Assembly: GCF_050253495.1 (NCBI RefSeq) | Contig: NZ_JBFWIX010000008.1 | Coordinates: 63,189 to 127,188, forward strand | Reading direction: 5' to 3' | Source of the DNA: Acidocella sp. | GTDB taxonomy: Bacteria; Pseudomonadota; Alphaproteobacteria; Acetobacterales; Acetobacteraceae | DNA length: 64,000 bases | Part shown: positions 1 to 11,695 of the stretch, piece after piece | Numbering within the stretch: the stretch's first letter is position 1 | Layout of the letters: every line of letters begins with the position of its first letter | Notes under the pieces: model-generated | Told to the model about the DNA's origin: nothing | What the model saw: only the letters and a program-made list of their open reading frames with translations | Databases searched by the model: none | Made by a program: the position numbers and the translations under genes

Positions 1-1
1 C

Positions 2-1165
2 GGATGGGGCGGGGTGGTCTGGAAAACGCTGGGTGAAGACCCGCCGGTGGTGAATGTAAGTTCGCGCTATGGCGGTATTGGCTATAACGGCCAGCGGCTG
101 ATGGGCATGAACAATATCGAGCTGATCACCGACCGGCCGTTGCGCTTGAACCTCGATGAAATAAAACAAGTCAAACGCAACTGGCCAGACCGCGCGGTGG
201 TGGTGAGCCTGATGGTGCCGTGCGAGGAGGAAAGCTGGAAGCGCATTCTGCCGCTGGTGGAGGAGACCGGGGCGGATGGCATCGAACTGAATTTCGGCTG
301 TCCGCACGGCATGAGCGAGCGCGGCATGGGGGCTGCCGTGGGGCAGGTGCCTGAATATGTCGAGATGGTCACGCGCTGGTGCAAGCAACATAGCCGCATG
401 CCGGTGATCGTGAAACTGACGCCGAATGTCACGGATATTCTCAAACCCGCCGCCGCCGGGCGGGCGGGCGGGGCGGATGCGGTGAGTTTGATCAACACCA
501 TCACCTCCATCACCGGGGTGGATTTGGACAATATGGTGCCGCAGCCCAGCGTGGATGGGTTGGGCACGCATGGCGGGTATTGCGGCCCGGCGGTGAAGCC
601 GATCGCGCTGCGCATGGTGGGCGAGATTGCGCGCTCCATTCCCGGCCTGCCGATCTCCGGTATTGGAGGAATCGCAACGTGGCGCGACGCGGCGGAGTTT
701 CTGGCGCTGGGGGCAGGCAGTGTGCAGGTCTGCACCGCCGCGATGCATTACGGGTTCCGGATCGTGGATGACATGATCAGCGGGCTTTCCAACTGGATGG
801 ATGAAAAGGGCTATGCGCGGATCGAGGATGTCACGGGCCGGGCGGTTCAGAAATTCGTGCATTGGGAAGATTTGAATCTGGCCTGGAAGAGCATCGCCAG
901 CATTGATGCGGAGGCCTGCATCGGCTGCGGGCTGTGCCATATCGCCTGCGAGGACACCGCCCATCAGGCGATCAGGCTGCATGAGGGCGGAGAAAAGAGG
1001 GGTTACGAAGTGATTGACGAGGCGTGCGTGGGCTGCAATCTGTGCTCACATGTTTGCCCGGTGGATGATTGCATTACCATGCGGCCACAGCAGGCGATGG
1101 AGCATCTTACCTGGAAGCATCACCCGAATAACCCCATGCGTGTGGCTGCGGAGGCTGCGGAATGA
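2..1165 (+). CDS. preA: NAD-dependent dihydropyrimidine dehydrogenase subunit PreA (DHOD-like FMN domain plus C-terminal 2x[4Fe-4S] ferredoxin); 5' end cut by the window edge
   Basis: The reading frame is open from nt 2. DHOD-family motifs are present (IELNFGCPHGM, LINTI). Two Cys clusters lie near the C-terminus: CIGCGLCHIACED and CVGCNLCSHVCPV. Confidence 0.85.
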   Translation, partial: GWGGVVWKTLGEDPPVVNVSSRYGGIGYNGQRLMGMNNIELITDRPLRLNLDEIKQVKRNWPDRAVVVSLMVPCEEESWKRILPLVEETGADGIELNFGCPHGMSERGMGAAVGQVPEYVEMVTRWCKQHSRMPVIVKLTPNVTDILKPAAAGRAGGADAVSLINTITSITGVDLDNMVPQPSVDGLGTHGGYCGPAVKPIALRMVGEIARSIPGLPISGIGGIATWRDAAEFLALGAGSVQVCTAAMHYGFRIVDDMISGLSNWMDEKGYARIEDVTGRAVQKFVHWEDLNLAWKSIASIDAEACIGCGLCHIACEDTAHQAIRLHEGGEKRGYEVIDEACVGCNLCSHVCPVDDCITMRPQQAMEHLTWKHHPNNPMRVAAEAAE

Positions 1166-2418
1166 GTACGAATATGCGTGTGGATGGTGCCCGGCTGTGG
1201 GACACCATCATGGAAACCGCGAAGATCGGTGGAACCGAAAAGGGGGGTGTGAAGCGCCTGACGCTCACGGATCTCGACGCACAGGTGCGCCATTGGCTGA
1301 TCGGTCAATGCGAGGCGGCGGGGTGCGATGTGCATTATGACGATATGGGCAATATCTTCGCCCGCCGCCCCGGCAAGGATAACGCTCTGCCGCCGATCGC
1401 CATTGGCAGCCATCTGGACACGCAACCGACGGGTGGAAAGTTCGATGGTATTATCGGCGTGCTGGCCGGGCTGGAAGTGCTTCGCACACTGAATGATTCC
1501 GGCATTGAGACCCATGCGCCGATCGAGCTGATCGACTGGACGAACGAGGAGGGGTCGCGTTTTGCGCCGGCCATGCTTTCCTCGGGCGTGTTCGCGGGGG
1601 TGTTTTCCCGGGATTATGCTTATGAACGGGAGGACCGCGAGGGGCTGACATTTGGCGATGAGCTGAAGCGGATCGGCTTTGTCGGCGGAGAGGCGTGCGG
1701 GGGCCACAAGCTGGCGGCGCATTTCGAGCTGCATATCGAGCAGGGGCCGATTCTTGAGGATGAGGGCAAGACCATCGGGATTGTCACCGGCGTGCAGGGC
1801 ATGCGTTGGTATGAGGTAACGGTGACGGGGATGGATTGCCATGCGGGCTCCACCCCCATGCGCCTGCGCCAGGATGCCCTGGTGGCGGCCGCGAGGATGA
1901 TCGAGGCGGTGCAGGCGGTGGGGCTGGCGAACGGGCCGGATGCGGTGGCGACGGTGGGGTTGATCGAGGCACGACCAAATTCCCGTAACGTGATTCCCGG
2001 TGAGGTCTTTTTCACCATCGATTTCCGAGATCCCAACGATTCGGTGGTGGCGAAGATGGAAGACGAGGCCAGGGCCGCTTTCGACAAGATCGTGGAAGGC
2101 AGCGGCGTTAGCGTCAAATGCGAACGCATCTGGGATTCCCCGGCGGTGCATTTCGACAAGGAATGCGTTGCCGCGGTGGAGGGGGCGGCATCTTCGCTCG
2201 GTTATCCGGCGCGGCGCATCGTCTCCGGTGCCGGACACGATTCCGCCTATATCGCCAAGGTGGCGCCCACCACCATGATTTTCGTGCCTTGCGAGAAAGG
2301 CATCAGCCATAACGAAGCGGAAAAGACCGAGCCTGAGCAGGTGGCCGCGGGGGCGGATGTGCTTTTGCAGGCCGTGCTGGCGACAGATGCCCGGCTTGCG
2401 CCTAAGACGGGGGCATGA
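1162..2418 (+). CDS. M20-family Zn-dependent amidohydrolase (N-carbamoyl-amino-acid / beta-ureidopropionase / allantoate amidohydrolase family)
   Basis: ATGA overlap with the preA stop. Typical family blocks are present (GSHLDTQPTGGKFDG, WTNEEGSRF, HFELHIEQG, SGAGHDS). The context next to preA supports a role in pyrimidine catabolism. Confidence 0.8.
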   Translation: MSTNMRVDGARLWDTIMETAKIGGTEKGGVKRLTLTDLDAQVRHWLIGQCEAAGCDVHYDDMGNIFARRPGKDNALPPIAIGSHLDTQPTGGKFDGIIGVLAGLEVLRTLNDSGIETHAPIELIDWTNEEGSRFAPAMLSSGVFAGVFSRDYAYEREDREGLTFGDELKRIGFVGGEACGGHKLAAHFELHIEQGPILEDEGKTIGIVTGVQGMRWYEVTVTGMDCHAGSTPMRLRQDALVAAARMIEAVQAVGLANGPDAVATVGLIEARPNSRNVIPGEVFFTIDFRDPNDSVVAKMEDEARAAFDKIVEGSGVSVKCERIWDSPAVHFDKECVAAVEGAASSLGYPARRIVSGAGHDSAYIAKVAPTTMIFVPCEKGISHNEAEKTEPEQVAAGADVLLQAVLATDARLAPKTGA

Positions 2419-3221
2419 GCGAAATTATCACCCCATCCATTCCTGAAGCTGTCACCGGCTTGCCCGCTGTGGTGGCACGGGAACTGCGGATCGAATTCAA
2501 GGGCACGGTCGCGCTGGAGAGTGTTTCGCTCGATATTCAGCGTGGCGATTTCGTGTCCTTCATCGGACCTTCGGGCTGTGGCAAGACAACGCTGCTGCGG
2601 GCCATCGCCGATCTTGTGCAGCCGACTGGCGGCAGCCTGAAGGTGAATGGGGTGTCTCCAAGGGAGGCTCGTCAAGCCAGGGCCTATGGCTACGTGTTTC
2701 AGGCTCCGGCTCTTTATGCCTGGCGCAATGTGGAACGAAATGTGACGTTGCCGCTGGAGATCATGGGGGTGGCGAAGGCTGAACGCCAAGCCAGGGCGGC
2801 GAAATATCTGGAGCTTGTGGGGCTTTGCGGGTTCGCCAAGAAATTCCCCTGGCAGCTTTCAGGGGGCATGCAGCAGCGCGCCTCCATTGCGCGCGCATTG
2901 AGCTTTGAGCCGTCCTTGCTGTTGATGGATGAGCCTTTCGGCGCGCTGGATGAAATCACCCGCGACGGATTGAATTTGCATCTGCATCAGCTTTGGGAAC
3001 GTACTGGCCTGACCTGCGGGTTCGTGACGCATTCCATCGATGAGGCGGTGTTTCTATCCACGCGCATTGTGGTGATGTCGCCCCGGCCGGGACGGGTGGT
3101 GGAAGTGATCGAGAGCGAATTGCCACGCGAGCGCACGTTGGATCTGCGCGACAGTGAGGCATTCACCCGTGTGGCGCACCGTGTGCGCGAGGCGCTGCGG
3201 GCTGGGCACTCTTATGATTAA
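2415..3221 (+). CDS. ABC transporter ATP-binding protein (NitT/TauT-like family)
   Basis: Walker A GPSGCGKTT, signature LSGGMQQR, Walker B LLLMDEPFGALD. ATGA overlap with the upstream gene. Confidence 0.9.
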   Translation: MSEIITPSIPEAVTGLPAVVARELRIEFKGTVALESVSLDIQRGDFVSFIGPSGCGKTTLLRAIADLVQPTGGSLKVNGVSPREARQARAYGYVFQAPALYAWRNVERNVTLPLEIMGVAKAERQARAAKYLELVGLCGFAKKFPWQLSGGMQQRASIARALSFEPSLLLMDEPFGALDEITRDGLNLHLHQLWERTGLTCGFVTHSIDEAVFLSTRIVVMSPRPGRVVEVIESELPRERTLDLRDSEAFTRVAHRVREALRAGHSYD

Positions 3222-3996
3222 ATCCGTGTTGCCGGTCATCGTCGTGGCGGCGGCGGGGGTGGCGTTGTGGTATGGGCTATCGGCCCTGGTGGGGACCACG
3301 CTGTTGCCAAGGCCGGACCAGGTGCTGGGGGCGTTGGGTGACAGCCTGTTCGGCTGGCCGCTCACCTCGCCGCGCAACCTGTTCTATCATGCGGGCGTGA
3401 CGGCGCGGGAGGCGCTGCTGGGCCTTGCCGTGGCTTTGGTGCTGGGCGGTGTGATCGCCACGCTGATCGTGCATGTGAAGGTGCTGGATCGCTCATTGAT
3501 GCCCTGGGTGATTGCGAGCCAAACGATTCCTGTTCTCGCCATCGCGCCGATGGTGGTGGTTGTGCTGGGTAATCTGGGCCTGTCGGGTTTGACGCCAAAA
3601 GTGGCGATCGCGGCTTATCTGGCGTTTTTTCCCATTGTCGTCGGTCTGGTGAAGGGCATGCGTTCGCCGGAGACGATTCAGTTCGAGCTGCTGCATACTT
3701 ATTCCGCCAGCGAGGCGGAGATATTCGGTAAATTGCGTTTGCCGGCCTCGGTGGCGTTTTTGTTTCCTGCCCTGCGTGTGTCGGCGGCCCTGGCGGTGAT
3801 GGGGGCGATTGTGGCGGAGTTGCCGACCGGCGCGCAGGCGGGGTTGGGATCACGCTTGCTGGCGGGTAGCTATTACGGGCAGACCTTGATGGTGTGGTCG
3901 ACGCTGGTGGCGGCGTCTCTGCTCTCGGCGGTGATTCTTGGCGCGATCACGGCCTTGGAAGCCGGGCTGCGATGGCACCGGGGGGGCAGGCTGTGA
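3214..3996 (+). CDS. ABC transporter permease
   Basis: Multi-TM hydrophobic protein. I placed the start at ATG 3214, which overlaps the ATPase stop, rather than at the track start 3154. Operon context supports the call. Confidence 0.8.
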   Translation: MIKSVLPVIVVAAAGVALWYGLSALVGTTLLPRPDQVLGALGDSLFGWPLTSPRNLFYHAGVTAREALLGLAVALVLGGVIATLIVHVKVLDRSLMPWVIASQTIPVLAIAPMVVVVLGNLGLSGLTPKVAIAAYLAFFPIVVGLVKGMRSPETIQFELLHTYSASEAEIFGKLRLPASVAFLFPALRVSAALAVMGAIVAELPTGAQAGLGSRLLAGSYYGQTLMVWSTLVAASLLSAVILGAITALEAGLRWHRGGRL

Positions 3997-4835
3997 CATA
4001 TCTTCTTGTCTCCGTCATTGTCACCGTCCTGGCTGTCATCGCCATGGGGGCTTCCGCGCGCCGTGAAACACGCCTGGCGAAGCTCGCCACCCCCACCATT
4101 TTTGGGGTTTGGGTCTTGTGGCTGTGGCAGGCGGCGGTGAAGGGGTTTGGTGTTCCCACCATTTTGCTGCCGGCACCAACGGCCATTATCGCCGCGCTGG
4201 GTGCCAATGCCGGCATGCTCGGAGAAGATTTCGTGCAGACGGTGATCCGCTCGGTGCTGCCGGGTTATGTGTTGGGCTGCGGTGCCGGGTTCCTGATGGC
4301 GCTGGCGGTGGATAAATCCGATTTTCTCAAGCGTGGTTTGATGCCATTGGGAAATCTTGTGTCCGCCATGCCGATCATTGGCATCGCGCCCATCGCGGTG
4401 ATGTGGTTCGGGTTTGGTTGGCAGTCCAAGGCCGCCGTGGTCGCGGCGATGACATTTTTTCCAATGCTGGTGAATACCAGCGCGGGGTTGGCCGAGGCGG
4501 GGGTTCTGGAACGGGAATTGATGCTGAGCTATGCCGCGCCTTACGCCACCACGTTGCTCAAACTGCGCCTGCCGGCGGCGTTGCCGCATATTTTCGCGGC
4601 ATTGAAATTGAACACCACGCTGGCGCTGATCGGCGCGGTGGTGGCGGAATTTTTCGGCTCACCTATTCTGGGGCTGGGGTTTCGCATTTCCACGGAGGCG
4701 GCCAGCTTGAATCTCGACATTGTCTGGGCCGCGATCGTGATCGTGGCGCTGACGGGCTCGCTCTCTTTCGCGGGGCTGGCACTGCTCGAGCGGGCGGTGA
4801 CATTCTGGCATCCTTCCTATCGCAATCCGAACTGA
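3993..4835 (+). CDS. ABC transporter permease (second subunit)
   Basis: Multi-TM protein. GTG 3993 forms a GTGA overlap with the upstream stop; ATG 3972 is an alternative start. Confidence 0.8.
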   Translation: MTYLLVSVIVTVLAVIAMGASARRETRLAKLATPTIFGVWVLWLWQAAVKGFGVPTILLPAPTAIIAALGANAGMLGEDFVQTVIRSVLPGYVLGCGAGFLMALAVDKSDFLKRGLMPLGNLVSAMPIIGIAPIAVMWFGFGWQSKAAVVAAMTFFPMLVNTSAGLAEAGVLERELMLSYAAPYATTLLKLRLPAALPHIFAALKLNTTLALIGAVVAEFFGSPILGLGFRISTEAASLNLDIVWAAIVIVALTGSLSFAGLALLERAVTFWHPSYRNPN

Positions 4836-4861
4836 ACCAATCAAAGAGAGGCTGAAAGATC

Positions 4862-5872
4862 ATGAAGAAGACCCTGGCCTGGATGCTGGCGCTGGCCCCG
4901 TCGCTTGGTTTCGCGCCGTCCGCCTCGGCGGCGGATCATCTGACATTGCAATTGAAATGGGTGACGCAGGCGCAATTCGCCGGATATTACGTCGCCCAGG
5001 CCAAGGGGTTCTACAAGGCCGAAGGGCTGGATGTGACCATTAAGCCGGGTGGGCCGGACATCAACCCGTCCCAGGTGATCGCGGCCGGGGGGGCGGATGT
5101 GATCGTGGATTGGATGCCAGATGCGCTTGCCGCGCGCGAGAAAGGCGTGCCTTTGGTCAATATTGCTCAGATCTTTGAAAAATCCGGCATGGAGCTGACT
5201 TGCCGGAAGGATAGCGGGATCACCTCTCCGGAAGATTTCAAGGGAAAGACCATTGGGGTCTGGTTTGCTGGCAATCAATACCCATTCCTGGCCTGGATGG
5301 GTAAGCTTGGCTACACGACTTCCGGCGCGGATCCCGAGGTGAAGGTGCTGAAGCAGGGCTTCAATGTGGACCCGCTGCTGCAGAAACAGGCGGCCTGCAT
5401 CTCCACGATGAGCTATAATGAATATTGGCAGCTCATCGAGGCGGGCATGAAACCGGATCAGTTGACTGTCTTCAAATATCAGGATGAAGGCGTGGCGATG
5501 CTGGAGGATGGGCTCTACACCACCGATGCCGAATTGGCGAACCCGCAAAAGGATGCCGAATTGGCGAAGTTCGTGAAGGCTTCGATCGAGGGTTGGAACT
5601 ATGCCGCGGCGCATCAGGCCGAGGCCGTGAAGATCGTGATGAGCTATGATACCGCCGGGGTGCTGAATGAGGCGCATCAGGTCAAGATGATGGCATCCGT
5701 GGCGAAGCTTCTCAATGACGGCAAGGATCAGACGGGTTATCTCGACCCCGCGGCTTATCAGCGCACCGTGGATGTGCTGATGGAGGACAAGACCGATCCC
5801 GTGATCACCAAACGCCCCGAGGGCGCCTATACCCACAAGGTCTATGACGCCGCTCTTGCCATCAAGAATTAG
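4862..5872 (+). CDS. Periplasmic substrate-binding protein of the ABC transporter (NMT1/THI5-like, NitT/TauT family)
   Basis: Signal peptide MKKTLAWMLALAPSLGFAPSASA. The mature start LKWVTQAQFAGYYVA is typical of NMT1-like binding proteins. Confidence 0.8.
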   Translation: MKKTLAWMLALAPSLGFAPSASAADHLTLQLKWVTQAQFAGYYVAQAKGFYKAEGLDVTIKPGGPDINPSQVIAAGGADVIVDWMPDALAAREKGVPLVNIAQIFEKSGMELTCRKDSGITSPEDFKGKTIGVWFAGNQYPFLAWMGKLGYTTSGADPEVKVLKQGFNVDPLLQKQAACISTMSYNEYWQLIEAGMKPDQLTVFKYQDEGVAMLEDGLYTTDAELANPQKDAELAKFVKASIEGWNYAAAHQAEAVKIVMSYDTAGVLNEAHQVKMMASVAKLLNDGKDQTGYLDPAAYQRTVDVLMEDKTDPVITKRPEGAYTHKVYDAALAIKN

Positions 5873-5904
5873 GTCGCGATGGCATTTGCGTGGACGGCCT
5901 TGGC

Positions 5905-6534
5905 TCAGGAATGGGGCGAGATGCCACGGATGAGGATATTGACCAGCCGCTCGGCGATTTCGCCGGGCGGAAGGTCTCTTTCGGCATCCTGCCAGCGTGC
6001 CGTCCAGTTCAGGGCGCCGATGAAGGCAAAGGATGTCAGCTTTATATCCGAAATCCGGGCGGAACCGTCATTTGAGGCATCCTGCACGAAGCGGCGCAAC
6101 TCCTGATCGATCTCTCGCTTGAGGGCGCGAAATTGTTTCCGGCTTTCCGGCGCGAGCGCTTCATCGCCGGTGCGGATGACGCATCGGCCGAAATCATCCA
6201 TGATATGTTCCGCGTAGCGGCGCAGGAAGATGCGTAGCCGTTCAAGCCCCGTGCCGGGCAGCGCGGCGGCTTCCTCGGCGGAGCCGCGCAGCCGGACCAG
6301 CCCGATGCGCAGACATTCGAACAGAACCTGATCCTTGGCGCCGAGATAGTGGTAGATCAAGGGCTTGGAGATACCGAGGCTGGCGGCGACATCGTCGAGC
6401 GAGGTATTGTGATAACCGCGCTGGTTGAACATCCGGACCGCGGCGCGCAGTACGGCATCGCGTTTGGCGGCGCGTTCTTGCTCGCGCTCATTGGCGTTGC
6501 GGAAGGGCGTCGTTACGGCGGCGGGCTTATCCAT
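5905..6534 (-). CDS. TetR/AcrR family transcriptional regulator
   Basis: N-terminal HTH block (ILRAAVRMFNQRGYHNTSLDDVAASLGISKPLIYHYL). Divergent from the crotonase genes. Confidence 0.85.
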   Translation of the reverse strand: MDKPAAVTTPFRNANEREQERAAKRDAVLRAAVRMFNQRGYHNTSLDDVAASLGISKPLIYHYLGAKDQVLFECLRIGLVRLRGSAEEAAALPGTGLERLRIFLRRYAEHIMDDFGRCVIRTGDEALAPESRKQFRALKREIDQELRRFVQDASNDGSARISDIKLTSFAFIGALNWTARWQDAERDLPPGEIAERLVNILIRGISPHS

Positions 6535-6613
6535 GATTTCCTAATATGCGTCTTGACGGTCGAAATGAAGCATGGGAGCTACGCGGTAGTAAACAATATA
6601 CCAAAAGGTTTGC

Positions 6614-7399
6614 ATGGAAGCCGTTCCCTTGCTGGTCACTCGTGAGAACGATGTCCTCCGGCTGACGATCAACCGCCCCGATGCCGCGAATACGCTGGAT
6701 GTGGCACTCTCCAAGGCTTTGTTTCACGCCGCCATTGAATGCGATGAGGATGAGACGGTCCGTGCCGTGCTGCTGACCGGCAATGGAAAATTATTTTGCG
6801 GCGGTGGGGATATAACCGGCTTTGCCGCCGCCGGAGACAGCGTCTCCCATCTGGCCAAGGAACTGACGACCTATCTGAACGGTGCGGTCTCACGCTTGGC
6901 GCGCATGGACAAGCCGCTCGTGGTCGCCGTCAATGGTCCGGCGGCGGGGGCGGGACTCTCCCTCGCCATGCTGGGAGATATTGTGATCGCGGAGCCGGAG
7001 GCGCATTTTAGCGCTGCGTACAGCGCCATCGGATTGACGCCGGATCTGGGGCAGAGCTGGCTTTTGCCGCGCCTTGTCGGCCTGCGCCGGGCGCAGGAAT
7101 TAATGTTGACGAACAGGCGGGTGGGAGCGCGGGAAGCCGCGGAGATCGGGCTGATCACACGTGTCGCGGCGGGAGACGCGCTGGCTGAGGCGAGCGCCCT
7201 CGCCGTTGAACTCGCATCGGGCCCCAGAAGTGCGATTGCCGGCATTCGTGCCTTGCTGGCCCGCTCCTTCACCACGGGGTTGGAGGAGCAGCTTGAGCTT
7301 GAGGCGCGCGCGATTGCCAAGGCCTTGCGAGGCATGGAAGGGCAGGAGGGAATCTCGGCTTTTCTGAGCAAGCGCAAAGCCGACTTTAGGTGCCCGTGA
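6614..7399 (+). CDS. Enoyl-CoA hydratase/isomerase family protein
   Basis: Crotonase fold motifs: LTINRPDAANTL, GGGDI, AVNGPAAGAG. Confidence 0.85.
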   Translation: MEAVPLLVTRENDVLRLTINRPDAANTLDVALSKALFHAAIECDEDETVRAVLLTGNGKLFCGGGDITGFAAAGDSVSHLAKELTTYLNGAVSRLARMDKPLVVAVNGPAAGAGLSLAMLGDIVIAEPEAHFSAAYSAIGLTPDLGQSWLLPRLVGLRRAQELMLTNRRVGAREAAEIGLITRVAAGDALAEASALAVELASGPRSAIAGIRALLARSFTTGLEEQLELEARAIAKALRGMEGQEGISAFLSKRKADFRCP

Positions 7400-7439
7400 T
7401 AAGGGATTGGCGCAATGACCATGAAAGGGAGCCGATGAC

Positions 7440-8216
7440 ATGGCCTATGAGACTCTCCTTGTTGAACAATATGAAGCAGTTACCCTCGTTCGCCTCAACC
7501 GCCCAAAGGCGCTGAACGCGTTGAACAGCCAGACGCTGGTCGATCTCATGGCCGCGTTCACGGCCTATGAGGCGGATGACGGTCAGCGTTGTCTGGTTCT
7601 GACCGGTTCCGAAAAGGCATTCGCCGCTGGTGCCGATATTAAGGAAATGCAGCCCCAGACTTTCGCCGATATGTTCGGGACCGATAAATTTTCCGGTTAC
7701 GACGTGATCTGCCGGACAATTCGCAAGCCGTGGATTGCCGCTGTGGCGGGCTATGCGCTCGGCGGAGGGTGTGAATTGGCGATGATGGCGGATTATATTA
7801 TCGCCGCCGACACCGCGAAATTCGGGCAACCGGAAATCACGCTGGGTATTGCGCCGGGCATGGGGGGATCGCAACGCCTGACGCGCGCGGTGGGGAAGGC
7901 AAAAGCCATGCAGATGTGCCTGACCGGACGGATGATGAGTGCGCAGGAGGCGGAATGTGCCAGCCTTGTCGCCCAGGTCGTGCCGGCGGATAAGCTGTTG
8001 GACGAAGCGCTGGCTCAGGCGAAGAGCATCGCCGGAATGGGGCCGTTGGCCGTTAAGGCCTGCAAGGAGCTGGTGAATGCCGCCTTCGAGACGAGCCTTT
8101 CGGAAGGGGTGCATTTTGAAAGGCGGATCTTCTTCGGCCTTGCCTCGACGGCCGACAAGAGCGAGGGCATGAGCGCCTTTATCGAGAAGCGCAAGGCTAA
8201 CTGGACGGGCAAGTAG
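7440..8216 (+). CDS. Short-chain enoyl-CoA hydratase (ECHS1/crotonase-like)
   Basis: Canonical crotonase motifs: [45 protein letters not shown]. Confidence 0.9.
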   Translation: MAYETLLVEQYEAVTLVRLNRPKALNALNSQTLVDLMAAFTAYEADDGQRCLVLTGSEKAFAAGADIKEMQPQTFADMFGTDKFSGYDVICRTIRKPWIAAVAGYALGGGCELAMMADYIIAADTAKFGQPEITLGIAPGMGGSQRLTRAVGKAKAMQMCLTGRMMSAQEAECASLVAQVVPADKLLDEALAQAKSIAGMGPLAVKACKELVNAAFETSLSEGVHFERRIFFGLASTADKSEGMSAFIEKRKANWTGK

Positions 8217-8219
8217 CCG

Positions 8220-10105
<1,886 letters not shown>

Positions 10106-10202
10106 TCATGCCCGCCTAGTGTGGCGTCGCCATGTGCATGGAGCGTCATGAATGAATACAACCACTGGTTAACAAAACATTCAATACACACCCTATGTGC
10201 GA

Positions 10203-10216
10203 ATTGCGCGCGCAAT
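10203..10216. promoter_or_regulatory. 14-bp perfect palindrome ATTGCGCGCGCAAT in the gmd / 2-hydroxyacid dehydrogenase divergent intergenic region
   Basis: Read directly from the sequence. A second short dyad, GCATATGC, lies about 15 nt downstream. Function unknown. Confidence 0.3.
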
Positions 10217-10303
10217 CTGGCGGAATGCCGCATATGCATGCTCAAGGGGGGACGAAAAAGGTGAAACTGCTAGGTTGGACGAAACCCAGGAGGAGGAGTG
10301 CGA

Positions 10304-11242
10304 ATGCTGTTGGTAACCCGCGATGTGATGCAGGATGTGATGGCGCGCGCCAAGCGCGAGCATAAGGTGCGGGCCCTCGGCATGACGGGGGTGTTCGACC
10401 GGGAGAGATTTTTGGCCAGTTTGGAGGGGGTGAATGCGGTTCTTTGCAATTCCTCTGATAAATTCGATGCCTCGCTGATCGGGGCCCTGCCCTCGGGCAT
10501 CAAGGTGATTGCCACTTATAGTGTCGGGCTTGAGCATATTGATCTTGAAGCGGCCCGGGCCCGGGGTATTGAAATCCGCAATACACCGGGCGTGCTCTCC
10601 GATGCCACGGCGGAGCTGTCGCTGACGCTGATGCTGATGGCCGCGCGGCGGGCTGGAGAGGGGGAGCGGTTACTGCGGGCCCACGAGTGGCGGGGCATGA
10701 CGCCCACCTTCAATCTCGGCCATGGTGTCGTGGGAAAGGCGCTGGGGATTTTTGGGATGGGACGGATCGGGCAACGCCTGGCGCATATGGCGCGGGGGTT
10801 GGATATGGTTGTTCATTATCATAATCGTCGCCGCTTGCCGCCGGAGTTGGAGGCGGGGGCGATTTATCACGAGGATGATAAGAGCTTTCTGGGAGCGATC
10901 GATTTTTTGTCGATCAATGCGCCTGGCGGTCCGGGAACGTATCATTGGCTCGACCGGACGAGGGTTGCGGCAATGCGACCTGGCGGTTTCGTGGTGAATA
11001 CCGGGCGCGGCAGCACGGTGGACGACGAGGCGTTGATCGCGGCGCTGCGCTCCGGCCATATCGCCGCCGCCGGGCTGGATGTGTTTGAGAACGAGCCGGA
11101 TATTCACCCCGGCTATTACGAGTTGGAAAATGTTGTGCTGCTTCCTCATATTGGCAGCGCCACGGTGGAAACACGCCGGGCCATGGGGTTTCTGGCGCTG
11201 GATGGGATCAATGAGGTGGTGGGGATTGATCGGAATCAATGA
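10304..11242 (+). CDS. D-isomer-specific 2-hydroxyacid dehydrogenase (glyoxylate/hydroxypyruvate reductase-like)
   Basis: NAD-binding motif GIFGMGRIGQ, and NTGRG...D near the C-terminal catalytic region. AGGAGG lies 7 nt upstream of ATG 10304; the track start GTG 10298 is less likely. Confidence 0.85.
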   Translation: MLLVTRDVMQDVMARAKREHKVRALGMTGVFDRERFLASLEGVNAVLCNSSDKFDASLIGALPSGIKVIATYSVGLEHIDLEAARARGIEIRNTPGVLSDATAELSLTLMLMAARRAGEGERLLRAHEWRGMTPTFNLGHGVVGKALGIFGMGRIGQRLAHMARGLDMVVHYHNRRRLPPELEAGAIYHEDDKSFLGAIDFLSINAPGGPGTYHWLDRTRVAAMRPGGFVVNTGRGSTVDDEALIAALRSGHIAAAGLDVFENEPDIHPGYYELENVVLLPHIGSATVETRRAMGFLALDGINEVVGIDRNQ

Positions 11243-11299
11243 AGGCAAGGCGGCCTTCAGGCACAACCCTCGCAGGAATAAGAGCGAGGAAAGCTATAG

Positions 11300-11689
11300 A
11301 TGCCAATCCATCTCAAAACACTGATCGTTCTGGCGGATGGTGAGCATGCCAGGTTCGTGCGGCCCCAGGAAGCGGATAACACGCTGTGTTCCTTCAGCCG
11401 GGCCGATCCGCGAAATGGCCATGAGGGGACAGCGGGGGAGGCGCATGCCGAATCCGCCACGGTATTTCCAGACTGGGTCGCGGGGCAGCTCAACCAGGGC
11501 GTGGAGAGTTACGATGAATTATATCTCGTCGCGCCGGCAAGGGCCTTGAACGAAATCCGCTTGCATCTGGCGAAGCCCGCCCAGGGCAAGCTGAAGGAAG
11601 TGTTGGATAAGGATCTGACCAAGGTGCCGGATCACGATTTGTGGCCGCATTTCAAGCACTGGGTCAGGCCCGTTCACCGGGCGCGGTAA
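11300..11689 (+). CDS. Host-attachment-protein-like family protein
   Basis: 129 aa. The N-terminus (LIVLADGEHARFVRP) and C-terminal region (LYLVAPARALNEIR) match my recollection of the Host_attach family; this was not verified by search. Confidence 0.5.
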   Translation: MPIHLKTLIVLADGEHARFVRPQEADNTLCSFSRADPRNGHEGTAGEAHAESATVFPDWVAGQLNQGVESYDELYLVAPARALNEIRLHLAKPAQGKLKEVLDKDLTKVPDHDLWPHFKHWVRPVHRAR

Positions 11690-11695
11690 GGCGGT

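Noticed and set aside
5879-6106. Short + strand ORFs (5879-6106 and 5890-6075) lie downstream of the binding-protein gene.
   Set aside because: They lie entirely antisense to the well-supported TetR regulator gene and have no recognisable features.
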